Positions 51,669 to 63,940 of a stretch of 64,000 bases of DNA are shown here, piece after piece. The stretch is from contig OZ024741.1 of the NCBI GenBank assembly GCA_964016885.1, positions 37,014,001 through 37,078,000 on the forward strand, read 5' to 3'. Position numbers and translations under genes: made by a program. Positions within the stretch are counted from its first letter, which is position 1. Each line of letters starts with the position of its first letter. Below the pieces are notes generated by a model. That model did not search any database. It saw only the letters and a list, made by a program, of their open reading frames with translations, and had not been told where the DNA came from. This stretch comes from Eledone cirrhosa (taxonomy: Eukaryota).

Positions 51669-52799
51669 CTAAATTATGTTAATTTTAAATCTAACCACCC
51701 TACTAATATTAAGAATGCTACAGTTAGTAATATTGGAAAAAGAATATCTAACCTATCTTCTAATAAAAACATATTTGATGCTAACGCCAATTACTATAAT
51801 AACGCGCTTTCTAAAGCCGGCTATCCTGATAAAATCAAATATAATAAAGAAACAAATTCTAGAAGATCTTACAGTAGAATAATTAATCATGATCATTCCA
51901 ATAACTTTAATAAAAGACCTAGATACAAAAACATAATCTGGTATAATGCTCCTTTCTCCATCTCTATTAATAATAATATTCCTAAATTATTCTTTAATGC
52001 CTTAAATAAATGCTTCCCTCCCTCACATATCTATAGTAAAATATTTAACAAACACACTATAAAATTTTCATATTCGACATCCTCCAACATTTCCAACATT
52101 ATCTCTAAACACAACAATAAAATACTAAATACTAAATCTCTTCCTTCCAACACTGAATATCATAATAATAGTAATAGTACTCCCGACGTCATTGTAAACT
52201 CTAGGCTAATTTCTGCAAACCCAAATACAACGTCAAACACAACTTCGCTAAATGTTCTTAATCCCATTCTAAATCAAGAAACTATTATTCCTATCGCAAA
52301 TAACTTCTCCAATCCAATTCCTTCTATAGATAACACTAGGTCACTCGTTAATAATCTCTCTAATCGCAATTGCAATTGCCCTGCTAAAAATAAATGTCCT
52401 CTCAACAACCATTGTCTTGATAAAAACTTAATCTACGAATGTAAAGTTATAACTGACACCAATTCCTTCACCTATTTTGGCTCCACTTCCACCTCCTTTA
52501 AAGCTCGTCTTTATAATCATCATTCGTCTTTTAAATACCAACTTAAAAGAACCAACACGGCTCTCTCAGAACTCATATGGTCCTTGAAAGACAAAAATAT
52601 TAAATATAACATCTTTTGGAAAAAGGTTTCTTCTGATGTTCCATACTTGAACAGTTCTCTATCCAAGACTTGCAATCTCTGTTTAAATGAAAAATTTACC
52701 ATTATATCTAATTTAGATTCTATAATAAATAGACGCACTGACTTGTTTTCTCTCTGCTTGCATAAATTCCACAGAAAATTCCATAAAGTATACAGCTAA
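51669..52799 (+). CDS. Penelope-like RT thumb + Cys-rich linker + GIY-YIG endonuclease (uninterrupted, lacks the RT core)
   Basis: YVNFKSNHP...RISNLSS...ALSKAGY (thumb); IIWYNAPFS; KIFNKHTIKFSYS; CNC-x5-CPL-x3-C; LIY...YFGST...FKARLYNH (GIY-YIG); CNLCLNEK; INRR...CLH. Confidence 0.85.
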   Translation, partial: LNYVNFKSNHPTNIKNATVSNIGKRISNLSSNKNIFDANANYYNNALSKAGYPDKIKYNKETNSRRSYSRIINHDHSNNFNKRPRYKNIIWYNAPFSISINNNIPKLFFNALNKCFPPSHIYSKIFNKHTIKFSYSTSSNISNIISKHNNKILNTKSLPSNTEYHNNSNSTPDVIVNSRLISANPNTTSNTTSLNVLNPILNQETIIPIANNFSNPIPSIDNTRSLVNNLSNRNCNCPAKNKCPLNNHCLDKNLIYECKVITDTNSFTYFGSTSTSFKARLYNHHSSFKYQLKRTNTALSELIWSLKDKNIKYNIFWKKVSSDVPYLNSSLSKTCNLCLNEKFTIISNLDSIINRRTDLFSLCLHKFHRKFHKVYS

Positions 52800-53693
52800 T
52801 ATCCAAAACTTTATCAATTTAGAATCCTTTTCTCAAAGGCACATATATATATATATATACTTCTTTAAAAATATACCCATCTTTCTACCTTATTTCAAAG
52901 TTATTTATTATACATTATATAATACTTGTTACTCATTCTATATCACTCCTATTTATCACTTCCCTTTCTTCCTTTTCCTTTTCTTTTCTTTTTCTTTTAA
53001 TTTCTAACCCCTAATCTGTACCTTTTCTCACTTTGCCTAACATAGAAACAATTATTACACAATACAATATATTCTTACTTTATATCACCTTGAAAAAATC
53101 CTTCGTAAACATAAACATTTTTTTTGACGTTAGATTATTCATCCTCTATTCATTATTTTTTTCTCACTTTCATCTTACTTATTCATGCTCATCTCACAAT
53201 ATATCCTTACTTACATTACTTTTGTTTTTTTAATAATACATATCAACATTTTCTTTCCATCGCACATATTATTAAACCCTTAAATATTATTCTTAATACA
53301 TATTAACAATTTCTTTTCATCGTACATATTATTAAACCCTTCAATATACAAACCTTAACTTTACATTTTTTCTCTTCGTTAATTTTCAAATTCTTTTAAT
53401 TTATACATTATCTTCCAACGGTTTTTCAACCTCTCTATGTAAAACAATATATTTTTCTCAGTTATAAAAGCTATCTCTCTCTCTCTATCACCCATCTCTC
53501 CTCCTATCTCATCCTTCCTCATTATACTCCTCCCCCTCCACTTTTTACTCTCATCTCCTCCTCTTCCCCCCCCCCCCCCCCCTCATCAAATTTTTTTTCC
53601 CCAATATCACACATCAATCTAAAACTACTTTTCATATGTTGATTTAAAACTGCACTATCCACAAGTGTTTTTAACCTTCATATCATGTCTTCC

Positions 53694-53765
53694 TATTTTA
53701 TCTGATGAAAACACAAATGTTATTGCATGATGATATTTGTTTTTTGAAATGCGCATAATAAAATA
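53694..53765 (+). ncRNA. Type I hammerhead ribozyme in the Penelope 3' region
   Basis: TATTTTAT-CTGATGA-[long AT-rich helix II]-GAAA-TGCGCA-TA-ATAAAATA: perfect 8-bp helix I, palindromic ATGCGCAT, predicted cleavage after 53757. Confidence 0.85.
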
Positions 53766-53793
53766 CATGGAACTCTTTTAACCATCTTTTGAT

Positions 53794-53851
<58 letters not shown>

Positions 53852-54035
53852 TAAAGTTAGTACTTCATCAGTGATCTTCCAACCATCATTAGTATTTCAT
53901 CGCTTTAAAGACCATACACCTCCGGTTGGTGCGAGCAACGGCTAAAAAAAGTCGTTGGGACACGTAAATAAAGGGGACACGAGTGTAAACAAACAAAGAT
54001 GGTGAAGCAACGAAAAGTGAGGATATATATGTATG

Positions 54036-54069
<34 letters not shown>

Positions 54070-54083
54070 TGTATGTATGTATG

Positions 54084-54128
<45 letters not shown>

Positions 54129-54139
54129 ATTAAAGGAAA

Positions 54140-54425
54140 GGAGCCATCATTGGACCAAAGAAACAACCTTTCCATTGGTTTTTTTAATGGCTGATATCTT
54201 CTTGTCACAACTCCTGGCTGAATGTGACAAGAAGGTATCAGAATACACAGTCCCCGATCAACTCTTTAATTATTCTACCTAACTGCCATACCTGGTCTCG
54301 TACTTTATTCATTGACACCGAAGGAATGAACGCTATAGTTTTCCTTTGTAGGATTTGAACCCAGTGCACAGTGGCTTGGGTATTGTGAGGTACTTCCTCT
54401 GATGCTCTAATGATTCTGCCAATAT
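54140..54425 (-). mobile_element. Degenerate SINE (family A-like head and core with a longer 3' part)
   Basis: GGATTTGAACCCAG; GTACTTTATTCATTGACACCGAAGGAATGAA. Confidence 0.6.
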
Positions 54426-54614
54426 ACCTATATCTGTCTATCTATCTATCGATTGATAGATAGATTGATCTATTCATTTATCTATCTGTCTGTCTATCTA
54501 CCTAGCTATGTCTGTCTGTCTATCTAATCTATCTCCTCCACTTATAAACATGAAGTTAATATGACTTTGTATCTTTGCATCCCTGTCTTTGTTTTGTTTC
54601 ATTGGTCAACTATA

Positions 54615-55020
54615 TATATATATGACGCTTGTGTGCAAATTGTGATGCTGCATGGTAGTGAAACAAGAGCTGTGATTGCAGAGGGCATGCATAGACTGGA
54701 GAGAAATGAAAGAACCATACTTTGTTGGATTTGTAATGTAAATGTGAGAGAAAGGCAGAGTTAGGATAAGCTGAGAGAGAAGCCGGGTTTATGAGGAATC
54801 TGAAGTGGTGTGCAGAAGAGAAGACTGCATTGTTATGTACATGTGATGCACATTAATGATGATGGCTGGGTGAAGAAGTGCCAGGAAGTCACAGTAGAGG
54901 TATACCAAGAAAGACCTAGGCTGAGGTGGTGAGAAGTGATCTAAAGTTGCTGAGACTCACAGAGAAGAAGACAAAATAAGGTGGCTAGGGGAGAGATACT
55001 GTGCTGAAAAAGACCATCCA
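54615..55020 (+). mobile_element. RTE LINE 3' fragment, degenerate
   Basis: YDACVQIVMLHGSET...RLERNE...NVRERQS. Confidence 0.85.
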
Positions 55021-55439
55021 AAACAATGTAGCACAAGAGAGCTTATTTAGTATATATTAAAATTTCATACACTTAACATATACGTGCAGCCTTAGGTTTT
55101 GGGGACCAGTTATGGCAACCACTGTATAGTGGAAGCACCATTCTAATACTGGCCTCGCTCATTAGGCACAAGGACAAAATTTAAAGAAAAACCATTAATT
55201 CATGAAATATGGTCATATTTCTTAGAGAGCTCTCCTCAAGAAAAAAGGGGGTAATTCCCAAAATAAACCCCCAAAAAGATACATGCTTTGAATTACAGTG
55301 TATGTATAATATGCGCGCCATTTAAGTTGTAAATTCATTTGAAAAGACCTTAAAGGAGCTCCTTACAGTACAGAAATGGTTGTATATCATAAATGTTGTG
55401 GGGCTGGATGAATGCTTTTTCCTCTCATGTGCATAAAAA

Positions 55440-55658
55440 AGGATCGATCGACTTTCGTCAAATTGGACCAAGGAAACAATATTTTCGTCGGTCTTTCCAG
55501 TTGTTAGTACTATCTATCGGTCTCAACTCCAGGTAGAAGGAGCAACGTGAAATAAAGTGTCTTGCTCAAGGACATAACGCATCGCCTGGTCCAGGAATCA
55601 AACTCACAAACTCAACATTGTGAATCCAATTCTCTAACCACTTAGCCACACACCTTCT
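55440..55658 (-). mobile_element. SINE family B-like copy
   Basis: GGAGCAACGTGAAATAAAGTGTCTTGCTCAAGGACA...CCAGGAATCAAAC...CTAACCACTTAGCCA. Confidence 0.7.
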
Positions 55659-56864
55659 CATATGCAAAATGAAGGTTTAATAGACAGGTTTGAATAGAAA
55701 TGAATGTGTGTTACCTAGTGTGTAAGGTATTTTGTAAATCTTAAACTACTTCTAAAAGCTTCCTAAAAAAGTAAAATCAAATCTGAACACTCAAAAAATT
55801 CGAATTGTATGTGTATTAGCTAGTGTGGAATGTAACTTTGTAAGCCTCAAACCTGTTTTTAAAAAAAGACCTTTTATCCCCCCCCCCCGCAAATTTAACC
55901 TGAACTTTCAAAACATACGAAGGACTTTGTAGTGTGGTGTATACCTTGTGTGTGTGTGTGTCTGTTTGGGGATCTATATATGTATTTTTGTGCATATATA
56001 GGTGGCAGAAAAATAGAGTCATGGAGGGTTTAACAGGTCTAGTGAGGGGGCATCTTAGGGAGGGTTTCCAGTTGGACAGGAGATGGTTTTCTGATGCAAA
56101 CAATGTCTAAAAATGTTCAGTCAATATGTTGACAGAGAAGAATGACACAGGTGTTATTCCACTCCTTTCTCTATTTTTCTCCTGATCTCCCAGACAAGCC
56201 AGGGATCTGTTGTCTTGCTTATGTATGGTTTCACATTCTATCAAGTGCATAGGGGAGGTTGTCATGTCTTTGACACAACTGTGGGTCCTCCTAACCCTTT
56301 GTTTGGCAAGCTTCCTACAGCTAGATGCCCTTCCTATCACCAACCACTTTACACCATGTAATCACTTTGGATATCTATATCCAAAAGATGCATGATTCTA
56401 TTCCTTGCAGGCCCCTCTGTCTACTTTTTTTTCCATCTCTAGAGGTACTTTACCCAATTTTTCAACTATTATTTCTATTATATTATATCAATTATTATTA
56501 TAGTCATTTGCATTTGGGGCAACTATGTTTCAAAATTTCTCAATGTGCCTTAAGTCAACTGATAGATATAAATATATTTGTGTGTGTGAAAGCATGTAAC
56601 CTAGTAAGTTGTTAGTGTGCTGGGCTTACCACCAATAGGTTTTGAAAGCTGTGCCAGATTCTTTCACAAGCCAAATATATTTGAATAAACATGTTGTGGA
56701 CCATTTCTGTATGTATGTGAAAAAGTTTCTATACAAGTATAGACTTATTTTGAAATTATTTTCTGTAATTTTGGTGTATATATTATACACTGGACTATGG
56801 ATTTGCACCATTGCTTATTAATTTATCCCTTATTTAATTTAACCTATAATATTATTCTACTTTA

Positions 56865-57010
56865 AGGTGGCAAATTGGCAAAGTCGTTAAAACGTCAGAT
56901 AGAATACTATGTAGTATTCGTTCCGACTCTCTGCTCTCTAAGTTCAAAACATGCCGAGGTCAACTTTGCTTTTCATCCATTTGAAGCTAGCAGTCTAGTA
57001 CTGGGGTCTA
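56865..57010 (+). mobile_element. Degenerate SINE family A
   Basis: AGTTCAAAACATGCCGAGGTCAACTTTGCTTTTCATCC...GTACTGGGGTC. Confidence 0.65.
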
Positions 57011-57502
57011 TTCTTTCCCTGTATCTCTTTCTCACTTCCATTCTTTCATTCTCAATCTTTCTCTGAAAGAAATCTGCTGGATTCAAATCTGGAGAGGAGA
57101 TAGGCCCTGCCAGATTTTTTAAATGCCCTAGAAATGCTGTATGCCAATATGGCACCCCTACGACTCCCTCGGGAATTATGGGACCACACATGCATTATTC
57201 TACATTACTTTTTATAATTATTTCCCTCATTAAAAGGGTCAAAGGTTGATCATTACCAAATTGAACAAAAGATTTTCTCTTCTGAAAAAACTATAAACAA
57301 ATTTGAATTGTTGCCTCACAAGAAATATAGCTGTTTGTAGGGTATTTTGGTTTGGTTTATTTACAAGTTCAAACTAATTCTGCTGAAGAATGTATGCACT
57401 CATGCACAACATGCAAGAATGTTTTCAACTGTAACATACTTGATAAATAATGTATATTCTACCCTCCCATCCTTCTTTTATTTGTCATAATCAATACATA
57501 TG

Positions 57503-57567
<65 letters not shown>

Positions 57568-58059
57568 TATGCATGTGTGAGTGTATATATATATATGTAT
57601 GTATCATCATCATCATCAAACTTTTACGTCTGCTTTCCCATGCTTGCATCTCTCCACTCACAACAATCCTTCATCTTCTTTTCTCCCAGCTTCAGTGATT
57701 TGAGATCAGTTCTCACCACCTCCACTCAGCTCTTCTTTAGTCTTTCCATGGGGATATTCAGGCACATATATACACATATATATATATACATACATACATA
57801 CATCATCATCATCATTATCATTTCATGTCCACTTTCACAGCCAGCAAGGGTTGGACAGGGCTTCACAGACTGTGTCTGTATTGAAGCCGTGCCACTGACG
57901 CCTCAGACAAGCTGAGGTTTCACATTTCACTTTACAGTTTTATGTTCTATCACCTGCATTTTATTGTGGCACCATATATATGCATGTATGTATGTATATG
58001 TATGTCTATATATATATATGTACATATATATATAATTATGTATATACCTATATATGTAT

Positions 58060-58293
58060 TTACATGTAAAGTGGTCGTATAGGTTTCACAACAAAAAGCA
58101 CCCAGCCCACACTGTAAATGTGGTTGGCACTAGGAAGGACACCGAGTCGTAGAAAACCAGCCAGGAACAGTCCTATATGAATGAGACACGGTCACCTGAC
58201 ACAACTTGCCTCTAAATGGGACAAATTCGTCTAACCCATGCTAGCATGGAAGATGGACGTTAAACGATGATGATGATGATGATGATGATAATA

Positions 58294-58325
<32 letters not shown>

Positions 58326-58347
58326 GATGATGAGGATGATATTAATG

Positions 58348-58379
<32 letters not shown>

Positions 58380-58395
58380 GATGATGATGATGATG
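58060..58395 (+). mobile_element. RTE 3'-UTR-derived element with long (GAT)n tail
   Basis: AAAAGCACCCAGCCCACACTGTAAA...AACCCATGCTAGCATGGAAGATGGACGTTAAACG(ATG)n. Confidence 0.8.
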
Positions 58396-59044
58396 TATCT
58401 ATCTATTTATCTATCATCTATATTGTATGTAAACTTCCCCCTTTGTATTTGTCCCCTTCTTTTGTGCCCCTGTGGCTAATAAAGAAACATATCTATCATC
58501 TATATATGTGTGTGACTGTCTGTGTGTGTGTACAAAATTTAGGTGACAAGAACAACAAAATCTACAGCACCAAAGACAAATAATAAAATAAAAAAAATAA
58601 AAAACAGACAGAGCAGTTATCTTCCTAACATTAATCCTTGGTTAATACAAAATAGAGCTGTTTAGACATTAATACAAATTTTAGTAACTACTATATCAGC
58701 AATTAGTCAGTATAAGCATAATTCTAATAATTCTATAGACCCTTATGCTCTGTGTAGTCAGATGTGAAATATTATACTGCTGTCTAGCAGGAATGAAAAC
58801 TGGAGCCAATTTTCATGGCTGAATGAATATAGTGTTTAGTTGAATGAACACTGGTTGGCAGCAACAGAAGTCCCAGTAATAAAATCATATAGGCCTACAA
58901 TAATTCATTTATTTATTTCATCTCCTCCTTTTCCCCCTCCTCCTCATCGTTTTTCCACCCCACCTCTCCTCCTCTCTCCCTCCCAACAGACATGGTACTA
59001 TAACAAATAGACTTTAAAGTTGGAAAAATGTAAAAACATAGAAA

Positions 59045-59131
59045 CATATTATATATATATATGTATATATGTATGCTTATATATGTGTGTGTGTGTATGT
59101 GTGTATAAATATATGTACATATATATGTGCG

Positions 59132-59162
<31 letters not shown>

Positions 59163-59273
59163 GTATATATATATGTGTGTATATATATATATGTATATAC
59201 AAGTATATATACACATGTATATATGCATATATACACATATATATATATACACATATACATTTATATATATGTA

Positions 59274-59304
<31 letters not shown>

Positions 59305-59367
59305 GTATATACATTTATGTATATATATATATATTTATGTATATATATATATGTGTATATATTTATG

Positions 59368-59407
<40 letters not shown>

Positions 59408-59780
59408 CACACACACACACATATATATATGTATATATATCTATGTATATATATATATATTTATGTTAGTATACATATATATATATTTATGTAGGTATAT
59501 ATATATATACTTACATAAATATGTATATGTATACTTCCATAAATATATATATACATATATATGTGTATATATATATACATAGATATATATACATATGTAT
59601 ATATACATACATATATTTACATAAATATATATACATATGTATATATACATATATTTACATAAATATATATGTATATATATTTACATATATATATATTTAT
59701 GTACTGACATACATATACACATATATATACATATAACACATATATTTGTAGATATAGCATATTTACATATATATATATAT
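59045..59780. repeat. (TA)n-rich compound microsatellite
   Basis: Direct reading. Confidence 0.93.
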
Positions 59781-61188
59781 CTAGAGAAGAAATTCCAAAC
59801 GTGGAAGCACGGCCTAGAATCAAAAGGCCTTAAAATTAACCTGGCTAAGACTAAAGTTCTAGTTTGTAGGAAAGAAAATAAGGCGGCGGTCCCATCGGGG
59901 AAATGGCCATGCTCAGTGTGTAGGAAAGGCGTAGGTAGAAACTCCATTTTATGTCCCAAATGCAAAGTATGGGTGCATAAAAGATGTAGTGGGATCACAG
60001 GTAAGCTAACTAAGAACATAGATTTTACATGTGGCCGGTGCTCTGGTGCAATAAGTAGCAGCAAGTGCCCACAAAATACTAGCTCCTTCAACTGCGCAGA
60101 GGGTTCTATAGAAATAGTGGACAGCTTCCGTTATCTGGGTGACAAAATCAGCAGTGGGGGAGGGTGCTCTGAAAGTACAGTAGCTAGAGTCAGAACTGGA
60201 TGGAAAAAGTTCAGAGAGCTTATACCACTATTAGCCGCTAGAGGGTTCTCCCTAAAAATGAAAGGCAGGTTATACGATGCCTGCATACGAACAGCAATGC
60301 TGCATGGCAGTGAGACCTGGGCATTGTGTGCAGAGGATATACGCAGACTAGAGAGGAACGAAGCTTGCATGCTCCGCTGGATGTGCAATAGTAATATACG
60401 TGAACGGCAAAGCATAAACGAACTAAGGAAAAAATTAGAAATAAGAGGGATCAGATGTTGTTTACTCGAGAGAAGGCTACGTTGGTACGGTCACGTGATG
60501 CGCATGAAAGACGACAGCTGTATAACAAAGTGCAGGGCAATAAAGATAGACGGTAGCCACGGAGTAGGCAGACCCAGAAAAACATGGGACGAGCTGATAA
60601 ATTCCGACCTCACACGCTTACACCTCTCCAAGACAATGTCACTGGACCGAGACCTTTGGCGGTACTCAGTAATAGAGAAGACCCGCCTTACCTAAATACA
60701 AAGTAAAAACCTACTACAGTCAGTAGGCACCTCTATCAAAACACACCCCCGTCCCTCCACACCGCCCCTTTCAATGTAAAATTATGTTGGTCCCACAACA
60801 TCCAGGCCGAAACAAATGAGATCGTGTAGGTGTCACGACAAAAAACACACAGTCCACGCTGTAAATGTGGCCGTGTAGGCAACACGGTAAAAACCTCCCA
60901 GCCCCACACTGTAAATGTGGTTGGTGTTAGGAAGGGCATCCAGCTGTAGAAAACCCGCCAGACAGTCCACGCTGTAATGTGGCCGTGTAGGCAGCACGGT
61001 AAAAACCTCCCAGCCCCACACTGTAAATGTGGTTGGTGTTAGGAAGGGCATCCAACTGTAGAAAACCCGCCAGACAGTCCTATGCGAGCAAGACAACCAC
61101 TCTTGCCTCAAGTGGGAAAACCCCCGTCCAAACCCATGCAAGCGTGGAACACGGACGCTAAACCTGATGATGATGATGATGATGATGA
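59781..61188 (+). mobile_element. Young 5'-truncated RTE LINE: open ORF end (59781-60695), 3' UTR with a ~112-bp tandem duplication, (TGA)n tail
   Basis: LEKKFQTWK...INLAKTKV...C4HC3 finger...FRYLG...MLHGSETW...RLRWYGHV...GRPRKTW with no stops; UTR duplication at about 60849-61073. Confidence 0.95.
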
Positions 61189-61339
61189 TATGTTTATATA
61201 TATATTTATGTATGTTATATATAAAGATATCTATGTATATATATATATGTATGAATATATGTATGTTATATATAAAAATGTATATGTATGTATATAAATA
61301 TATATATATGTATATATATGTATGTACGGTAAAAGCCTG

Positions 61340-61698
61340 TAGGTAACATGGTAAAAAGTTCCCAATTCCACACGGTAAATGTGGTTGGTGTTAGGAAGGG
61401 CATCCAGCCGTAGAAAACCTGCCAGACAGTCCTACATGAGTGAGACACGGTCACTCGACCAACCTTGCCTCAAGTGGGACAACTGCCGTCTAACCCATGC
61501 TAGCGTGGAAGATGGACGTTAAACGATGATGATGATGTATATATATATACATGCACATATATGCATATATATAAATGTATATTCCGACCTTACACACCTA
61601 CACCTCTCCAAGACAATGTCACTGGACCGAGATCTTTGGCGCTACTCAGTAATACAGAAGACACGCCTTGCCTAAGTACAAAGTGAAACCTACAGTCA
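61340..61698 (+). mobile_element. Second copy of the dimeric RTE-derived element (truncated by the neighbouring LINE tail)
   Basis: Reverse complement of 48489-48846. Confidence 0.82.
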
Positions 61699-63450
61699 TC
61701 ATCATCTTCATCATCATCATCGTTTAACGTCCATCTTCCACGCTAGCATGGGTTTGGACGGGAATTTTCCCACTTGAGGCAAGATTGGTGGTCTTGCTCA
61801 TATAGGACTGTCTGGCGGGTTTTCTACAGCTGGATGCCCTTCCTAACACCAACCACATTTACAGTGTGGGGCTGGGAGGTTTTTACCATGTTGCCTACAC
61901 GGCCACATTACAGCGTGGACTGTGTGTTTTTTTGTCGTGACACCTACACGATCTCATTTGTTTCGGACTGGATGTTGTGGCACCAACATAACTTTACATT
62001 GAAAGGGGCGGTGTGGATGGGGTGGGGGCGGTGCGACGGGGGGGAGGGGAGTATTTTGTTAGAGATGCCTACTGACTGTAGTAGGTTTTACTTTGCATTT
62101 AGGTAAGGCGGGTCTTCTCTATTACTGAATACCGCCAATGGTCTCGGTCCAGTGACATTGTCTTGGAGAGGTGTAAGTGTGTGAGGTCGGAATTTATCAG
62201 CTCGTCCCAGGTTTTCCTGGGTCTGCCTACTCCGTGGCTACCGTTTATTTTTATCACCCTGCACTTTTTTATACAGCTGTCGTCTTTCATGCGCATCACG
62301 TGACCGTACCAACGTAGTCTTCTCTTGAGTAAACAACATCTGATCCCTCTTATTCCTAATTTCTCCCTTAGTTCATTTATGCTTTCACGTATATTACTAT
62401 TACACACCCAGCGGAGCATGCAAGCTTTGTTCCTCTCCAGTTTGCATATATCCTCTGCACATAATGCCCAAGTCTCACTGCCATGTAACATTGCAGTTCG
62501 TATGCAGGCATCATACAGCCTGCCTTTCATTTTTAGAGAGAACCCTTTAGCGGCCAATAGTGGTATAAGCTCTCTGAACTTTTTCCATCCCGTTCTGACT
62601 CTAGCTACTGTACTTTCAGAGCACTCTCCACCACTGCTGATTTTGTCACCCAGGTAACTGAAGGTGTCCACTATTTCTATAGAACCATCTGTGCAATGGA
62701 ATGAGCTAGTATTCTGTGGGCACTTGCTGCTACTTATTGCACCAGAGCACCGGCCACATATAAAATCTATATTCTTAGTTAGCTTACCTGTGATCCCACT
62801 ACATCTTTTATGCACCCATACTTTGCATTTGGGACATCAAATGCAGTTTCTGCCTACTCCTTTCCTACACACTGAGCATGGCCATTTCCCAGATGGGACT
62901 GACGCCCTATTTTCCTTCCTACAAACTAGAACTTTAGTCTTAGACAGGTTAATTTTAAGGCCTTTTGATTCTAGGCCATGCTTCCATGTTTGGAATTTCT
63001 TCTCTAGTTCGGCCATTGATTCAGCTATGAGCGTTAGATCATCTGCGTATAGGAGTTCCCATGGGCAGCTGGTCTTGAACTCCTCTGTTATAGCCTGAAG
63101 GGCAATAATAAATAGGAGGGGGCTAAGGACGGAGCCCTGATGAACACTAACTTTTACGCTAAACTCTTCACTATATTCGTTGTTAATTCTAACCTTGCTG
63201 ACTGTTTCTTTATACATGGCTTGTATAGCTCTCACAAGCCATTCATCAACACCTAGTTTTCTAAGAGCCCACCAGATAATGGAGCGGGGGACTCTGTCAA
63301 AGGCTTTCTCCAAGTCAACAAAAGCTAAGTATAGGGGTTTACTTTTAGCTAGGTACTTCTCCTGTAGTTGTTGTACAATGAAAAGAGCGTCTGTGGTACT
63401 TTTACCTGACACAAACCTGAACTGCATTTCATCTAGATCAATTCTCTCTC
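61699..63450 (-). mobile_element. 5'-truncated RTE LINE (RT to 3' tail), same subfamily as 59781-61188
   Basis: GKSTTDA, AFVDLEKAFDRVP, VHQGSVLSPLLF, LLYADDL, MLHGSETW, GRPRKTW; one premature stop at about 62837. Confidence 0.95.
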
Positions 63451-63451
63451 T

Positions 63452-63940
63452 GATCATCATCATCATCATCATCATCATCACTGTTTTACGTCCGTTCTTC
63501 CATGCTAGCATGGGTTAGACGGGTTGTCCTGTTGTGGGCAGTGTCTGGTCGGCTGACCATGCCTTGCTCATACAGGAACTGATTTGGCTTGATTTCTACA
63601 GCTGGATGCCCTTCCTAACACCAACCTCATTTACAGTGAGTGCTGGGTGCTTTTTCGTGGCGCCTACACGTCCACTTTACAGTGTGGGCTGGGTGCTTTT
63701 TTGCTGTGGCACCTCCACGACCACCTTGCGGTGGGGGGTGTGGGGGCATATTGTCTATATGCTTCAGCTTGTACCCATGGGAGGTTGGGTACTCTGTATT
63801 ACTGCGTGACACCTGAGGTCACGGTCGTGTGTCATTCATTGCCTTTGAGAGGTGTAGTTGGGTAAGGTCGGCTTTTATCACCTCATTCCAGGTCATCTTG
63901 GGTCTCCCCACTCCGCGGTTTCCATCGACTTCTAGTGCTC
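63452..63940 (-). mobile_element. Short 5'-truncated RTE of a second subfamily (ORF end plus 3' UTR)
   Basis: Reverse complement reads GNRGVGRPKMTW; the UTR is homologous to 40330-40682; its tail abuts the LINE at 63450. Confidence 0.8.

Larger units (their letters stand above)
51669..53795 (+). mobile_element. 5'-truncated Penelope-like retroelement (probably Naiad-type) with AT-rich 3' region and hammerhead
   Basis: Abrupt compositional switch at 51669, PLE protein motifs, hammerhead at 53694-53765, ends at a (TA)n tract. Confidence 0.85.

Noticed and set aside
51669-53690. Selenoprotein-type Naiad element
   Set aside because: No in-frame TGA in the retained ORF (it ends in TAA) and no SECIS recognisable by eye.
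53850-53880. Additional minus-strand hammerhead (CTGATGA at 53865-53871)
   Set aside because: No helix II or GAAA follows; it runs into (TA)n.
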